A DNA stretch of 63,535 nucleotides, counting the filler, from Octopus bimaculoides (taxonomy: Eukaryota): the NCBI RefSeq assembly GCF_001194135.2. It is 6 parts of 6 records of this genome, joined end to end, with 100 filler letters (N's around TTAATTAATTAA, not from the genome) between each part and the next. Parts side by side here need not be neighbours in the genome. Positions count along the whole stretch, not along the records: positions 1 to 24,832 come from NC_068985.1; 5 more parts are not named here. One strand, 5' to 3'. Shown here piece after piece: positions 1 to 11,795 of the stretch (position 1 is the stretch's first letter; the number at the start of each line of letters is the position of its first letter). The notes below the pieces were generated by a model, which saw only the letters and a list, made by a program, of their open reading frames with translations, was not told where the DNA came from and did no database searches. A program made the position numbers and the translations under genes.

Positions 1-400
1 TATATATATATGCACAATATATATGTATAGATAGGCAGACAATAAGATAGATACAGAGAGAGAGAGAGAGAGAAAGAGAGAAAGAGAGAAAGAGAGATTA
101 ATTGCACTTTGGAATCAAAAATATGTCCCGCTGTGTCCTATAAACACATCAATACCAACCTACCCACCTACCAACCGACATACATACATACATACATACA
201 TACATACGTGCTAAACAACCTACTTTTATATATATATAAGTACTCGTAGACATGATAATCCATAAAAAATATAAATGGAAATAAAAAAGTGTACATATAT
301 ATATATGTATGTGCGCATATATATGTGTTTGTGTGAATCTATGTATGTATATATATATATATATATNNNNNNNNNNAGGCATATCTGGGTGTTGTGTTGT

Positions 401-477
401 CTAAGCAGGTATCATATTATCAGAGAGACTAGTATGCAATTTTCCTATATTTAATACAAAATCTTTTATTCTATTTC
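401..477 (-). CDS. Candidate terminal coding exon of an unidentified gene
   Basis: Minus-strand acceptor tttttttcag| at 478-480. Phase-1 reading gives (G)NRIKDFVLNIGKLHTSLSDNMIPA*, with TAG at 401-403, phase-compatible with the candidate exon at 1284-1368. No recognisable homology. Confidence 0.2.
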
Positions 478-632
478 CTGAAAAAAATCTATTTCTTTGG
501 ATCTCTTCTAATTTTTCCCTCTCAGCTGTATTTGTTTCAGTCTGAAAAGGTTCTGTGTGGGGGTTCCAACTCAGTTAACTTCCTGTATAATATGTGTGAA
601 ATCGGAAACCTATTTTCGATATTAAATTTGAT

Positions 633-700
633 ATGTTAGCTCAGAGAATTACAAAAGGATGGGAAAAGAAAATGCACAGACACAAACGCACACGCACGCA

Positions 701-737
<37 letters not shown>

Positions 738-927
738 ACACATACACACACATACATACATATACACGCATGTATATATGTGTACACACACAAATGTGTG
801 TGTATGTGTGTTTCTGAGTGAGTATAAATATATACATTTATATATAAGCGTATATATATGTATATATATATACACATATATAAATATATCTGCATGTGAA
901 TGTATATATATATATATATGCACATGA

Positions 928-984
<57 letters not shown>

Positions 985-985
985 T
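633..985. repeat. Compound (CA)n/(TA)n/(TG)n microsatellite field, representative of dozens in the window
   Basis: Direct reading. It produces the HT/YI/CV ORFs in the track. Confidence 0.95.
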
Positions 986-1283
986 TCAAATATTATTTTA
1001 ATAATAAAGGGTAAAATATTACTAGGTGACCTGTGCGGAAATAAAAACCTTATAGGTAAATTTAACAAAATATTTTATAATTATATACATAATTATAACA
1101 AGGGGTCGGCTTTATGCCTCATCACGCACCGTAAGAAATAGACGCTAATGTCCTTTTTACTACCTTAAAATCTCCGATAATAACACACTTTATTGTAGGC
1201 AAGCAAAAGAAAAATAATGAATCAATAAGACTGGTTAACTATGGATGTGTTTCAAACATAAAGTAAAAAATAATTTTACTTAC

Positions 1284-1368
1284 CGTTTCTCTTCAGCATA
1301 GTACTATGTAGAATTGGCTTGTTTGCTTCCGACCTTTGCTTATCTATTTCAAAATCTTCGTTTCGATT
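1284..1368 (-). CDS. Candidate internal coding exon (85 nt, phase 0 to 1)
   Basis: ttgtag|AATCGA...AGAAACG|gtaagt, with a consensus donor. Reads NRNEDFEIDKQRSEANKPILHSTMLKRN(G) without stops. The acceptor pyrimidine tract is weak. Confidence 0.3.
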
Positions 1369-1521
1369 CTACAACGTAGCATTTAAATCTGTGTTGAATT
1401 CTGTCGGAGGTATCAGTCCAGTTCTTGGATATTAATTCTTGGATACTTATACAAACTTTTATTTGTAGCTGGTATTCGTATGCCGTGTCTCTAGTTAAGA
1501 ATAATTTTCTCTTTTACTCAC

Positions 1522-1580
1522 ATCAGTCTCAAAATCTCTGAAAAAAGATGTGATAGTGATTCCATCCCATCTTTGTTTAA
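1522..1580 (-). CDS. Candidate internal coding exon (59 nt, phase 1 to 0)
   Basis: tttatttttatcgcttag|TTAAAC...ACTGAT|gtgagt. Reads KQRWDGITITSFFRDFETD and joins the next candidate exon in frame across a 153-nt intron. Confidence 0.3.
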
Positions 1581-2127
1581 CTAAGCGATAAAAATAAAGT
1601 GTTGCAAAACAGCAAACATTTTCCGAGAATCTACAGCCGTTCAAGAAACATAACGTACAGATTAGCTTTACTTGTCTAGAAATCATATCTAATATCATGA
1701 AAAGGCGCAATGCAAGTATTCTGTGTCCACTCTCACAGTGATTCAAAGCCAAACAGCACTTGCTTTAGCACAGAGGACACCCACATGAAGAAACAAATGC
1801 CTAGAAAGAAACAACGAATACCATGATGACATGTCCTTAAAAACATGTCAATTCCCTAAATAGGGCTTACAGGGAATATATCTATAAACTGATAGCACAA
1901 GAACCAACAGCACATTTTGATATCACAAACCAGAAAAACACTATATCTTATATGGAAATCATGGTATACAGGAAGGAACGCAAACATCATACTGGTACCA
2001 GCGTTAACGAATATATCTAAATTTTGTGAGCTTTGTCTCACAGATAATCTTCCAGTTATCTGCTACTCACACACTAGTCCTAAGCAAAAATATCTGAGAA
2101 TGCCTCAGCTGACCATCCAGTGTTAAT

Positions 2128-2266
2128 TTCTTTTATTTCTTTCACTTGTTTCAGTCATTTGAACTGCGGCCATGCTGGAGCACCGCCTTGAAAACATTTT
2201 TTTCCAAAATTCGACCTCAGGACTTATATTTTAACTCGGTCTCTTTTGCTGAACCGTTAAGTTATG
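2128..2266 (-). mobile_element. SINE family B, 3' fragment
   Basis: Contains ttgtttcagtcatttgaactgcggccatgctggagcaccgcc, the reverse complement of the 3' end of the full copy at 47309-47735. Confidence 0.85.
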
Positions 2267-2371
2267 CTCATATTAGTTAAATTGAAAACAGAACCTCTTC
2301 ACGGTGATTAATGAGAATGTGTAAGACCTTTTCAATTATCGAAAACATTATACTATTTTACATTATTTTTC

Positions 2372-2590
2372 TCCTGCCGAGCTGGCAGAAACGTTAGCAC
2401 GCTGGACGAAACGCTTAACGGTATTTTGCCCGTCGTTACGTTGTGAGTTCAAATTCTGCCGAGGTCTACTTTGCCTTTCATTATTTCGGTGTCGATGAAT
2501 TAAGTACCAATTTCGAACTGGGATCGATGTAATCGATCGTCCCCTCCTCCAGCATTGCTGCCCTAGTGGCAAAATTTAAAGCCATTATTT
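2372..2590 (+). mobile_element. SINE family A (tRNA-derived head)
   Basis: Head gagctggcagaaacgttagcacg (A-box-like TGGCAGAAACG), B-box-like GAGTTCAAATTC, and body shared with 6753, 22180 and 56518. Confidence 0.9.
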
Positions 2591-3088
2591 TACTTCCACT
2601 CGTAAGTAAATTGTCTGAAACAGTTAACGCAAATGAAATAGTTGTATTTACCAACATATAACCCTTTTCAGGCAGCCCTATGATCAATGACCCTACAGCG
2701 CTTATCACCCAGTCTTTCATAGAGACATAGTGTATCTAACGCTATATTATCCAATGTGTCATTCCCTTTTCTATGACGATAGATATCAATTTTATGACGA
2801 TTAACATTGTAGCTATAGGAGGACGATCGAATAAAATGCAGATATTCAGCATGTATGTATGAATTTATAGTATTAAAATAAACAAATACAAATATAATGA
2901 TTCCTTCTGACTGCTGCTAAATGCGATATCTACCTAGTCACATGCAAATTGATTTCGTTTATTTATTTAATTTATATGCAAGAAATTACAATCAATATGA
3001 TATACTTCATTGTAATACAAAATATTATGGTGAATAGCACATTTTTGGCAGTATANNNNNNNNNNATGTATGTATGTATATATATACA

Positions 3089-3121
<33 letters not shown>

Positions 3122-3355
3122 GCATATATATCGAGAGAGAGATATACAAACAGACAAATAGAGTCTGAAACAGAAAGAGATGTGTATTTATGTATACACA
3201 CTTACATTTATGCTTGTATGTATATATGTATGTATGTATGCTTGGAAGTTCAGATATGATATTCAAGAGGCCTCGAAAATTTATACATGACACTCGAAGT
3301 GTTTTGGAGTGTAGAAAGAAAATTATCGGTTCCTTTTATATTATTATTTCTACAG

Positions 3356-3403
3356 TGAAGGCCAAAAGTAACGTATTAAGAAAAGCCAACTCGTCAACAA
3401 GAG
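3356..3403 (+). CDS. Weak candidate 48-nt exon
   Basis: ttattatttctacag|TGAAGG...CAAGAG|gtatgc; phase 1-1, reads (V)KAKSNVLRKANSSTR(G). Splice signals are the only evidence. Confidence 0.15.
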
Positions 3404-3474
3404 GTATGCATTACAACTTATGGTACATACGCATAGTAGACATACGTATATGAATGCATGAATGAATACATACC

Positions 3475-3532
<58 letters not shown>

Positions 3533-3760
3533 NNNNNNNNNNNNNNNNNNNNNNNNNNNNNNNNNNNNNNNNNNNNNNNNNNNNNNNNNNNNNNNNNNNN
3601 NNNNNNNNNNNNNNNNNNNNNNNNNNNNNNNNNNNNNNNNNNNNNNNNNNNNNNNNNNNNNNNNNNNNNNNNNNNNNTGTGTGTGTGTGTGTGTATGTAT
3701 ATATATATATATATGTGAATGTAAGATCCTTTCATCTGATATTTATGCATATACATACGT

Positions 3761-3805
<45 letters not shown>

Positions 3806-3812
3806 TTATATG

Positions 3813-3854
<42 letters not shown>

Positions 3855-4276
3855 CATACATACCTATACACACACACACACACACACATACACACACCAT
3901 GGACAGTCTTGGAAATTATAAGATCTTGATGGCTTTTACAAATAATATGATTATGCGTATGTGTTTCCTTGTATGTGTGAATGTATGCATATATGTATGT
4001 ATGTATGCGTATGCGTGCTCACGCGCACAAACAATAAAACGCGTGCACGTTCGTCCATGTACTTCTTGGAACTGGTAAGATATGTGAAAGCAATTTCTTC
4101 TAAATTACCCATAATTCAATATTCGTTTTGTTCCAGTAGTTGGTTCTGTGAACGAGGCGTTGAATAAAGGAATCAGTTTTTGCTGATTTGAAACACGGGT
4201 TTCGAAATTAGGTTCCGATAAGCTTCATTCAATACAGAAGCAAATACAAATATCAAAACATAGACCGACTGCATTC

Positions 4277-4310
<34 letters not shown>

Positions 4311-4752
4311 NNNNNNNNNNNNNNNNNNNNNNNNNNNNNNNNNNNNNNNNNNNNNNNNNNNNNNNNNNNNNNNNNNNNNNNNNNNNNNNNNNNNNNNNNN
4401 NNNNNNNNNNNNNNNNNNNNNNNNNNNNNNNNNNNNNNNNNNNNNNNNNNNNNNNNNNNNNNNNNNNNNNNNNNNNNNNNNNNNNNNNNNNNNNNNNNNN
4501 NNNNNNNNNNNNNNNNNNNNNNNNNNNNNNNNNNNNNNNNNNNNNNNNNNNNNNNNNNNNNNNNNNNNNNNNNNNNNNNNNNNNNNNNNNNNNNNNNNNN
4601 NNNNNNNNNNNNNNNNNNNNNNNNNNNNNNNNNNNNNNNNNNNNNNNNNNNNNNNNNNNNNNNNNNNNNNNNNGTAGTAGTATTAATAGTAGTAGAGGAG
4701 GTTGGTGGTCGTCGAGTAGGTGACGGCGGCGGCAGCAGCAACAGCAGCAGCG

Positions 4753-4808
<56 letters not shown>

Positions 4809-5168
4809 GGTGGTTTTGATGATGTTAAGACGGTGAGCTGGCAAAACCGTTAGGAAGAAATCCTCTGCGCTATTTATTCTAGTTCTTTGCTTTTTTTTTG
4901 TTTTTTGTATTTTCCCTTTTTTTTTCGTTTCAAACATCACCGAGATCAACTTCGCCGTTCATCAACGCGATTTCGATGAAATAAAAGTAGGATCTAGTTA
5001 GATTCATTTTCAAAATGAGCTCCCTTTAATTTTGTTCAGATTGCTTTCAATTTTGGTGTATCGATGCAACTCTGAATTTTGATTACGATCAAACCAATTA
5101 CTTTATCTCGTAAATTAAAGAAACTGATGTTATTTGGAATTAAAGTTCGGAAATGTAGGTAATTTTAG

Positions 5169-5214
5169 CCAATCAACAGACTGCGTGGCATTAGCAGTTT
5201 GTTACCATGACAAC
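5169..5214 (+). promoter_or_regulatory. CCAAT box plus RFX X-box-like motif
   Basis: agCCAATca (CCAAT at 5169-5173) and GTTACCATGACAAC at 5201-5214, which matches the RFX consensus GTHNYY-AT-RRNAAC. Confidence 0.3.
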
Positions 5215-6121
5215 CGCACACTGTTACGTATCACTTCATTCGCGTCAGTGCCGCACGTTGTTCTGTGTTGACTCTTCACACCACGAGATTCTTTTCACCC
5301 ACGTGTTTTGTTTCAATTTTTCTGTTGCATATTTTTCTGTGCTTCTGTATGTTAGTATTTTTCTGTGTGTCGGTATATTTACATATTTTTCTCTTCATAT
5401 ACTTTTGGGACAAATTCTTTGTTGGCCAGGTAATTCTTATCGTAGTTTACAAATTCAAGCATGAAAATGTAACTCAACTTTGGAGTTTTGGAGACAGACG
5501 CCCCCTTTTCACACACACACACACACACACACATACACATGCACTTATACATTGATGATGTACACGAATACCTGACAGGTATACATAATACTGAAATACG
5601 CATAAAGTAAACACATTCAGATAAATATATTAATATAACAAATTTTAAAAAATAATAAAAACATACAATCTCTGAATAGACAAAAGAAACAGTAAGATGG
5701 TACATGCTGATTTTATTAGATATTTCTGTTTATTTAGAAGCCTACAATGAACAGGTCATTTCACAAACGCTAAACTATAAATTTCATAGAGTACAACCTT
5801 AAAGTTGACACCACCCCGCTAAACGCAGAAAATTTCTGTCTCGCTATTGGCTAAAAATATACAGTTTTTTCGATTTTTAAACCTCTGTAACTTTTTTCTC
5901 CAATTTTTTTCTACATAACATCATATCTTCATAGCAATAAGACTGGAAAGCTACATCATTTTAGCCGATTTTCAGATTTCTTACTTCTTTTTAAGTATGG
6001 CATATGTTGTGAATCAGTTTAACGAGATCCATAAAGTACCAGTTAAGTCCGGGCTCGAAAGAAGTGACTACAACCTCCCACTCAAAATTGCTGGTGTTGT
6101 GCCAAAATTTGAAACCAACTG

Positions 6122-6432
6122 GAGAGAAGGAAGGAAGGAAGGAAGGAAGGAAGAGAATAAGGAAAGGAAGAAAGGAAAGAAGGAAAGGAAAGAAGGAAAG
6201 GAAGAAAGAAAAGAAAGAAGGAAGGAAAGGCAAAAAGAAAGATGGAAGGGAAGGAAAGAGTGAAGAAAAGAAAAGGAAGAAAGAAGGAAAGGAAAGGAAA
6301 GACGGATAGAAGGCAAGGAAGAAAGGAAAGAAAAGAAAAAAAAGAAAGAAAAGAAAGAAAAGAAAGAAAGGAAAGAAAAGAAAGAAAGGAAAGAAAAGAA
6401 AGAAAGGAAAGAAAAGAAAGAAAGGAAAGAGA
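6122..6432 (+). repeat. Polypurine (GGAA)/(GAAA)n tract, potential H-DNA
   Basis: About 310 nt almost free of pyrimidines. It explains the E/R/K-rich and F/L-rich ORFs at 5991-6476. Confidence 0.9.
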
Positions 6433-6752
6433 GTAGTGAAATATTCGAAATAAGATAAATAACTAAACCGTAACATGTTTATCAGGAGACTGAAACATTA
6501 ATATGATTTTCTAAAACCTTAAGTTATATTAATAAAAATTCGCGCCACTTCTACTTAGCACCTGCGGTGCATCATTTAGCACCCGTATATACACAAAGCA
6601 GATTGGAGTGGATTTTGGCCTTTTTGTTTAATAATTCAAATTTATTTAGCTCCATTTTTGATTGGGATCTAGGAAATAAACAGAAAAAGAGTTTGGTGCT
6701 TTTAAAAACGTTTTCCAGAGAAAATAAGCAAGACAATAAATTCACTATCTAA

Positions 6753-7227
6753 GGCGGCGAGCTGGCAGAAACGTTAACACGCCGGGCGAAATGCTTAGCG
6801 GTATTTCGTCTGCCGTTACGTTCTGAGTTCAAATTCCGCCGAGGTCGACTTTGCCTTTCATCCCTTCGGGGTCGATAAATTAAGTATCAATTACGCACTG
6901 GGGTCGATGTAATCGACTTAATCCCTTTGTCTGTATTTGTTTGTCCCTTCACACGCCGGGGGAAATGCTTAGCCGTATTTCGTCTGCTGTTACGTCAACT
7001 TTGCCTTTCATCCTTTCGGGGGTCGATAAATTAAGTACCAGTTGCGTACTGAGGTAGATCTAATCGACTTCCCCTTCCCACCAAATTTCGGGCCTTGTGC
7101 CTAGAGTAGAAAAGAATATTCCGATATTATATGGCGGCGAGCTGGCAGAAATGTTAGCACGCCCGGCGAAATGCTTAGCAGTATTTCGTCTACCGTTACG
7201 TTCTGAGTTCAAATTCCGACGAGGTCA
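6753..7227 (+). mobile_element. Three tandem SINE family A units (6753-6950, 6951-7120, 7133-7227)
   Basis: Heads ggcggcgagctggcagaa at 6753 and 7133. The middle unit restarts at acacgccggg and carries the alternative tail gggccttgtgcctagagtagaaaagaatatt. Confidence 0.9.
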
Positions 7228-7245
7228 AGGATTTTAGTCAGCCTG

Positions 7246-7350
7246 AGGTTATGGTAGAGGACAACTGCCCAAGATGCCACGCTGTACGACTGAACCCAGA
7301 ACTGTGTGGTTGGGAAACAAGTTTCTTACCACACAGCCACGCCTGCGCCT
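7246..7350 (-). mobile_element. SINE family B head fragment
   Basis: Reverse complement reads aggcgcaggcgtggctgtgtggtaagaaacttgtttcccaaccac. Confidence 0.85.
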
Positions 7351-7922
7351 GTAGTGTAATTTAGACTTATTAAAAAGAAACAACGATAAAGGAAGATAAA
7401 AAGTCTACCACTAGAACGCCTGCTATCATACGTAATAAGGTCGCTCGGGAAGAAGCTGGGACCAACTTTCAACAGTAACAACACAATGACTGTAGAAAAC
7501 TTCAACATGCATATTTTATTTCTTAACGCCATACGGTGTGAAGAGATTGGCAGATATTGCAGTTTGGAATGGTTTTCAGCTAGCTCTAATGATTTACATC
7601 TTCAAGGAAAGAATTTGGTTATCTTAAATTTCTTGCAGTTGTAGAAAAAGTTAAGTGAAGTTAAAGTGATGTGGGAAGGAGTGGTTAGTTTCACACTTTC
7701 CCCAGTTTAGAATCTCTCACAATAAATATGTTTGTGTAAAGAATAAGGGACTCATTATCTAAGTATCTATCATTTTAGCCATCGAAATAGCTATCAACCT
7801 ATCCTATTCTATCTCACATTTTCCCGTTTAAACATATTATACGTATGTCTGTCTGTCTGCCTGTCTGTATGTATGTATATATAGAGAGATAGGATGAAAG
7901 ACACGTGTAAATATATGTGTGG

Positions 7923-7999
<77 letters not shown>

Positions 8000-8059
8000 C
8001 ATGCATATATACATATATATATATACATGTACGTATGTCCCTGTACATGCATGTACATA

Positions 8060-8103
<44 letters not shown>

Positions 8104-8566
8104 CATATTCCAGCTTTTCACATAGATATGTGTGGTAAGATTACGTCCATTCATCAACGTCTATGTTCCAAACCTGAATTTTCCCAGCTGCATTTGTTTT
8201 CATTTTACGTCAAAGGTGTCTGAATTACCACTCGTGCGCATTTTCAGTTTTTTTTTTTTTTTCAGACTCATTTACGAACCTCACAGATACACAGGCATTT
8301 GCGTGTGTCTGTGTGCCTCTGTGTGTGTGTGTACGTTTTGTATGATACATGCATGCTTGTATATATTGGTGTCCTCCCGTCGTATATGATTTTTTTAGAT
8401 TGTATTTTCATGTACGTCATCTTTCCGTCCATTTTTCTCCTGCATATTTCGTATTGCTATACTCTCTCACTTTCTCTGTCTCCCTCACTCTCTTTCACAA
8501 CGCACACACACTGGCACACATACAATGTGCATGCGTGTGTGTGTGTGTGTCTGTCTGTGTGTGTGT

Positions 8567-8610
<44 letters not shown>

Positions 8611-8612
<2 letters not shown>

Positions 8613-8885
8613 GCGCAGGCGTTGCTGTTGGTAAGAACCTTACTTCCCAACCACATGGTTCCGGGTTCAGTTCCACTGCGTGGCACCTTGGACAGTTTTC
8701 TTCTATTATAGCCTCGACCCGGCCAAGGCCTTGTGGATGGATTGTTTAGAGGGAAACTGAAAGAAGCCCGTCGTATGTGTGTGTGTGTATGTGTGTGCTT
8801 GCTTGTTTGTTTCCCCCTCCCGAGTGATTGACAGCCGACGTCGCCGCAACTTATTGTGTGGTAAGTAGCTTGCTTACCAACCACA
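8611..8885 (+). mobile_element. SINE family B, 5' two-thirds plus a second head fragment
   Basis: aggcgcaggcg...ccgggttcagttccactgcgtggcaccttgg...gaaactgaaagaagcccgtcg followed by (TG)n. A second head piece tgtgtggtaagtagcttgcttaccaaccac starts at about 8855. Confidence 0.9.
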
Positions 8886-9109
8886 CATATATATTGACAT
8901 ACATATAATTTTTTCATATTTTTTCATATTTGCTCATACAGATAAATCCATGTACGTATGCACTTATTGACCAGCACTAAATTCTTAATATGTAAACATA
9001 CTAGTATACGCAGTCATATATTCAATCTCACTCTCAATAATATGCATACATTACATTGCCTTAGTAAGCATGTGCACACCTATACGTGTTCCTGCTCGTG
9101 CTATGCCTG

Positions 9110-9352
9110 GCTTATAAGGGCCGGTTACCCAGTTTCATTGGCGTGTAGGTTCCCCACCTGTACGGGACGCCGCAGGTGAGCTGCTAGATGCAGGAGGAAA
9201 GAGTGAGAGAAAGTTGTGGCATTACCTTCTGCCGGAGAGTCAGCATTACCTTCTGCAGGAGCAGAAACACACACACCGCTCGATCTAAGATTCGAACCAG
9301 TGATTCCTCGACTGCGAGTCCGCTGCTCTAACCACGACGCCATGTAGCTCCA
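9110..9352 (-). mobile_element. SINE family C variant (tRNA-derived head)
   Basis: Reverse complement head gtggagctacatggcgtcgtggttagagcagcggactcgcagtc...ggttcgaatc. Shares gagtgagagaaagttgtgg with the 51585 and 61735 copies but has a different tail. Confidence 0.75.
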
Positions 9353-9785
9353 CTTACATAATAATACAATTCATAATTATATTAAGCAATACAACATAAA
9401 AAATAAATGTATATCATCAAATTTGTATACTACATAGCCGAAAAATCATAATATAGTAGATAGGATTTCTTCAATTATATATATATATATCAATATTAAT
9501 TATTGAGATCCTGTAAGATGGGTTATTTCTTCATTCATTAATTTTATCTCTATATAATGGCATATATTATTTTGCTCTAGAAATATTAACATTCATATAC
9601 TTATATCCAGACCATATAGATGTTTTATATTATAGTTCTTATATAAAAGTACATTTTATATTTATATACTCACACACACACACACACAGACGAGCACATA
9701 AGTGCAAAACAAGGTAGAAAAAATTGCACACGAATACGAAAGGTAGAGTAATATAATTTTACTAAAGTTACAAAATAATCACAAA

Positions 9786-9825
9786 ACTGTTACTCAGAGT
9801 TTCACGTTCCCGTTCGTCGGACATT
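9786..9825 (-). ncRNA. Minimal type I hammerhead ribozyme motif (core variant CCGACGA)
   Basis: Reverse complement AAUGU-CCGACGA-ACG GGAA CGU-GAAA-CUCUGAGUA-ACAGU: 3-bp stem II with GNRA loop, stem III ACUC/GAGU, GUA cleavage triplet, stem I UGU/ACA. Confidence 0.65.
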
Positions 9826-9835
9826 TGTGATCACA

Positions 9836-9875
9836 ACTGTCCGACGAACGGAAACGTGAAGCTCTGAGTAACATT
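9836..9875 (+). ncRNA. Second hammerhead motif in the inverted arm (GAAA changed to GAAG, probably inactive)
   Basis: ACUGU-CCGACGA-ACG GAAA CGU-GAAG-CUCUGAGUA-ACAUU. Confidence 0.55.
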
Positions 9876-10222
9876 TTGTGATAATTTTTCAGTGAATAAT
9901 ATAATCCTGGTTATCACCTCATTAGCACATCATCTCGGATCCTTGCTAGCGTAGTGTTCCAAAATCAAATAGAGATCCGTATGACTTCAATTGATATAAA
10001 TAGGAACACTACACAACTCCAGAGTAAGATCCAGTAGGCTTAAAATAAGCTCTACAAAGTGAAATGATAAAAGTAATAATTTAAATGAGGAAAAGAGAAG
10101 TCAAACTGACATTACAATTGTTTCCGTTGACGGACATTTTATTCTATATCTCATACATTGCCATACAATTCAGTCAATGTTATGTAATTCATGTCATAAT
10201 ATACGGAAATATGTAATAATTT

Positions 10223-10369
10223 TATAGTCAATGCGCTTCCACAGACGTCATGATTTGAAGGCACCAACGACCAAGTGAATGTTGAGATACTTGAAGATTA
10301 AAAGGATAACCATTCCTTTGGTGGACGGTGCATTCAAATCATGACATCCGAGGAAGCGATTAGACTATA
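10223..10369. mobile_element. Small MITE-like element with about 43-bp imperfect TIRs and TA ends
   Basis: tatagtcaatgcgcttccacagacgtcatgatttgaaggcacc pairs with ggtgcattcaaatcatgacatccgaggaagcgattagactata. Confidence 0.6.
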
Positions 10370-11699
10370 GAATTATTACATATTTTTACATACCATGACA
10401 TGAGTTTCATAATATTGAATGAAATAAGGAATAAAAGTATTTGTGACGCCAATACATTTGTAATATCAATATAACTTCACTTTTTTTCNNNNNNNNNNNN
10501 NNNNNNNNNNNNNNNNNNNNNNNNNNNNNNNNNNNNNNNNNNNNNNNNNNNNNNNNNNNNNNNNNNNNNNNNNNNNNNNNNNNNNNNNNNNNNNNNNNNN
10601 NNNNNNNNNNNNNNNNNNNNNNNNNNNNNNNNNNNNNNNNNNNNNNNNNNNNNNNNNNNNNNNNNNNNNNNNNNNNNNNNNNNNNNNNNNNNNNNNNNNN
10701 NNNNNNNNNNNNNNNNNNNNNNNNNNNNNNNNNNNNNNNNNNNNNNNNNNNNNNNNNNNNNNNNNNNNNNNNNNNNNNNNNNNNNNNNNNNNNNNNNNNN
10801 NNNNNNNNNNNNNNNNNNNNNNNNNNNNNNNNNNNNNNNNNNNNNNNNNNNNNNNNNNNNNNNNNNNNNNNNNNNNNNNNNNNNNNNNNNNNNNNNNNNN
10901 NNNNNNNNNNNNNNNNNNNNNNNNNNNNNNNNNNNNNNNNNNNNNNNNNNNNNNNNNNNNNNNNNNNNNNNNNNNNNNNNNNNNNNNNNNNNNNNNNNNN
11001 NNNNNNNNNNNNNNNNNNNNNNNNNNNNNNNNNNNNNNNNNNNNNNNNNNNNNNNNNNNNNNNNNNNNNNNNNNNNNNNNNNNNNNNNNNNNNNNNNNNN
11101 NNNNNNNNNNNNNNNNNNNNNNNNNNNNNNNNNNNNNNNNNNNNNNNNNNNNNNNNNNNNNNNNNNNNNNNNNNNNNNNNNNNNNNNNNNNNNNNNNNNN
11201 NNNNNNNNNNNNNNNNNNNNNNNNNNNNNNNNNNNNNNNNNNNNNNNNNNNNNNNNNNNNNNNNNNNNNNNNNNNNNNNNNNNNNNNNNNNNNNNNNNNN
11301 NNNNNNNNNNNNNNNNNNNNNNNNNNNNNNNNNNNNNNNNNNNNNNNNNNNNNNNNNNNNNNNNNNNNNNNNNNNNNNNNNNNNNNNNNNNNNNNNNNNN
11401 NNNNNNNNATATATATATATATAAGGAAAATAAGACAAGATAGAAAATGCTGAAATAATTTTATCATGAAGAACATTTTAGTACCGGTTTCAGTCTTTGC
11501 GACTTTTTCAACTTAGAGTAAAGCATAAAAAATATTAAATTGTGAAAAAATTAAGTTAGATGTTTTTTTGTTCTTTTTAATATTTCCATAGTTTTCAAAT
11601 GCAAGGGACATTTTCCTTTTTTCTGTCTGCCTCTGTCTCTCTTTTTTACTCATGTGAGTATATATATATTAATTGATTTATTGATAATACACACTTAGA

Positions 11700-11795
11700 T
11701 GGACGTTGTCTAGAAAATGGTAGGATGGTCAGGGCTGTTCTGGTCGTTGGTCTGTTTGATCAGGACTGACTGAAACTAAACAACAACTGCAACAA
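11700..11795 (+). mobile_element. SINE-like family D, 3' end
   Basis: ggtaggatggtcagggctg...tctgtttgatcaggactgac...aaacaacaac tail. Related pieces lie at about 14620-14820, 19500-19680, 40860-41210 and 58230-58395. Confidence 0.55.

Larger units (their letters stand above)
9687..9900. mobile_element. Penelope-like pLTR remnant with inverted arms
   Basis: About 105-nt near-perfect palindrome (9778-9883) centred on ttgtgatcacaa. Each arm encodes a hammerhead motif. Confidence 0.6.

Noticed and set aside
5991-6476. Charged (E/K/R) and hydrophobic (F/L) ORFs
   Set aside because: They are translations of the GAAA/GGAA microsatellite.
6753-6850. tRNA genes
   Set aside because: The A/B-box-like motifs belong to SINE heads, and no complete cloverleaf is present. 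No rRNA, CRISPR or other prokaryotic features were seen in the window.
7326-7532. ORF with signal-peptide-like MLKFSTVIVLLLLKVG
   Set aside because: It is short, runs into a SINE, and has no convincing donor or homology; hydrophobic runs are expected in T-rich strands.
10107-10162. Minus-strand GAAA-CAAUUGU-A with a palindromic stem III
   Set aside because: No recognisable CUGANGA core and an insertion in stem II; at most a decayed remnant.
10407-11476. Long ORFs of 250-350 aa in the track (also 30109, 42001, 48553, 58956 and others)
   Set aside because: They consist of X residues from N-gaps plus microsatellite translation; they are not coding evidence.
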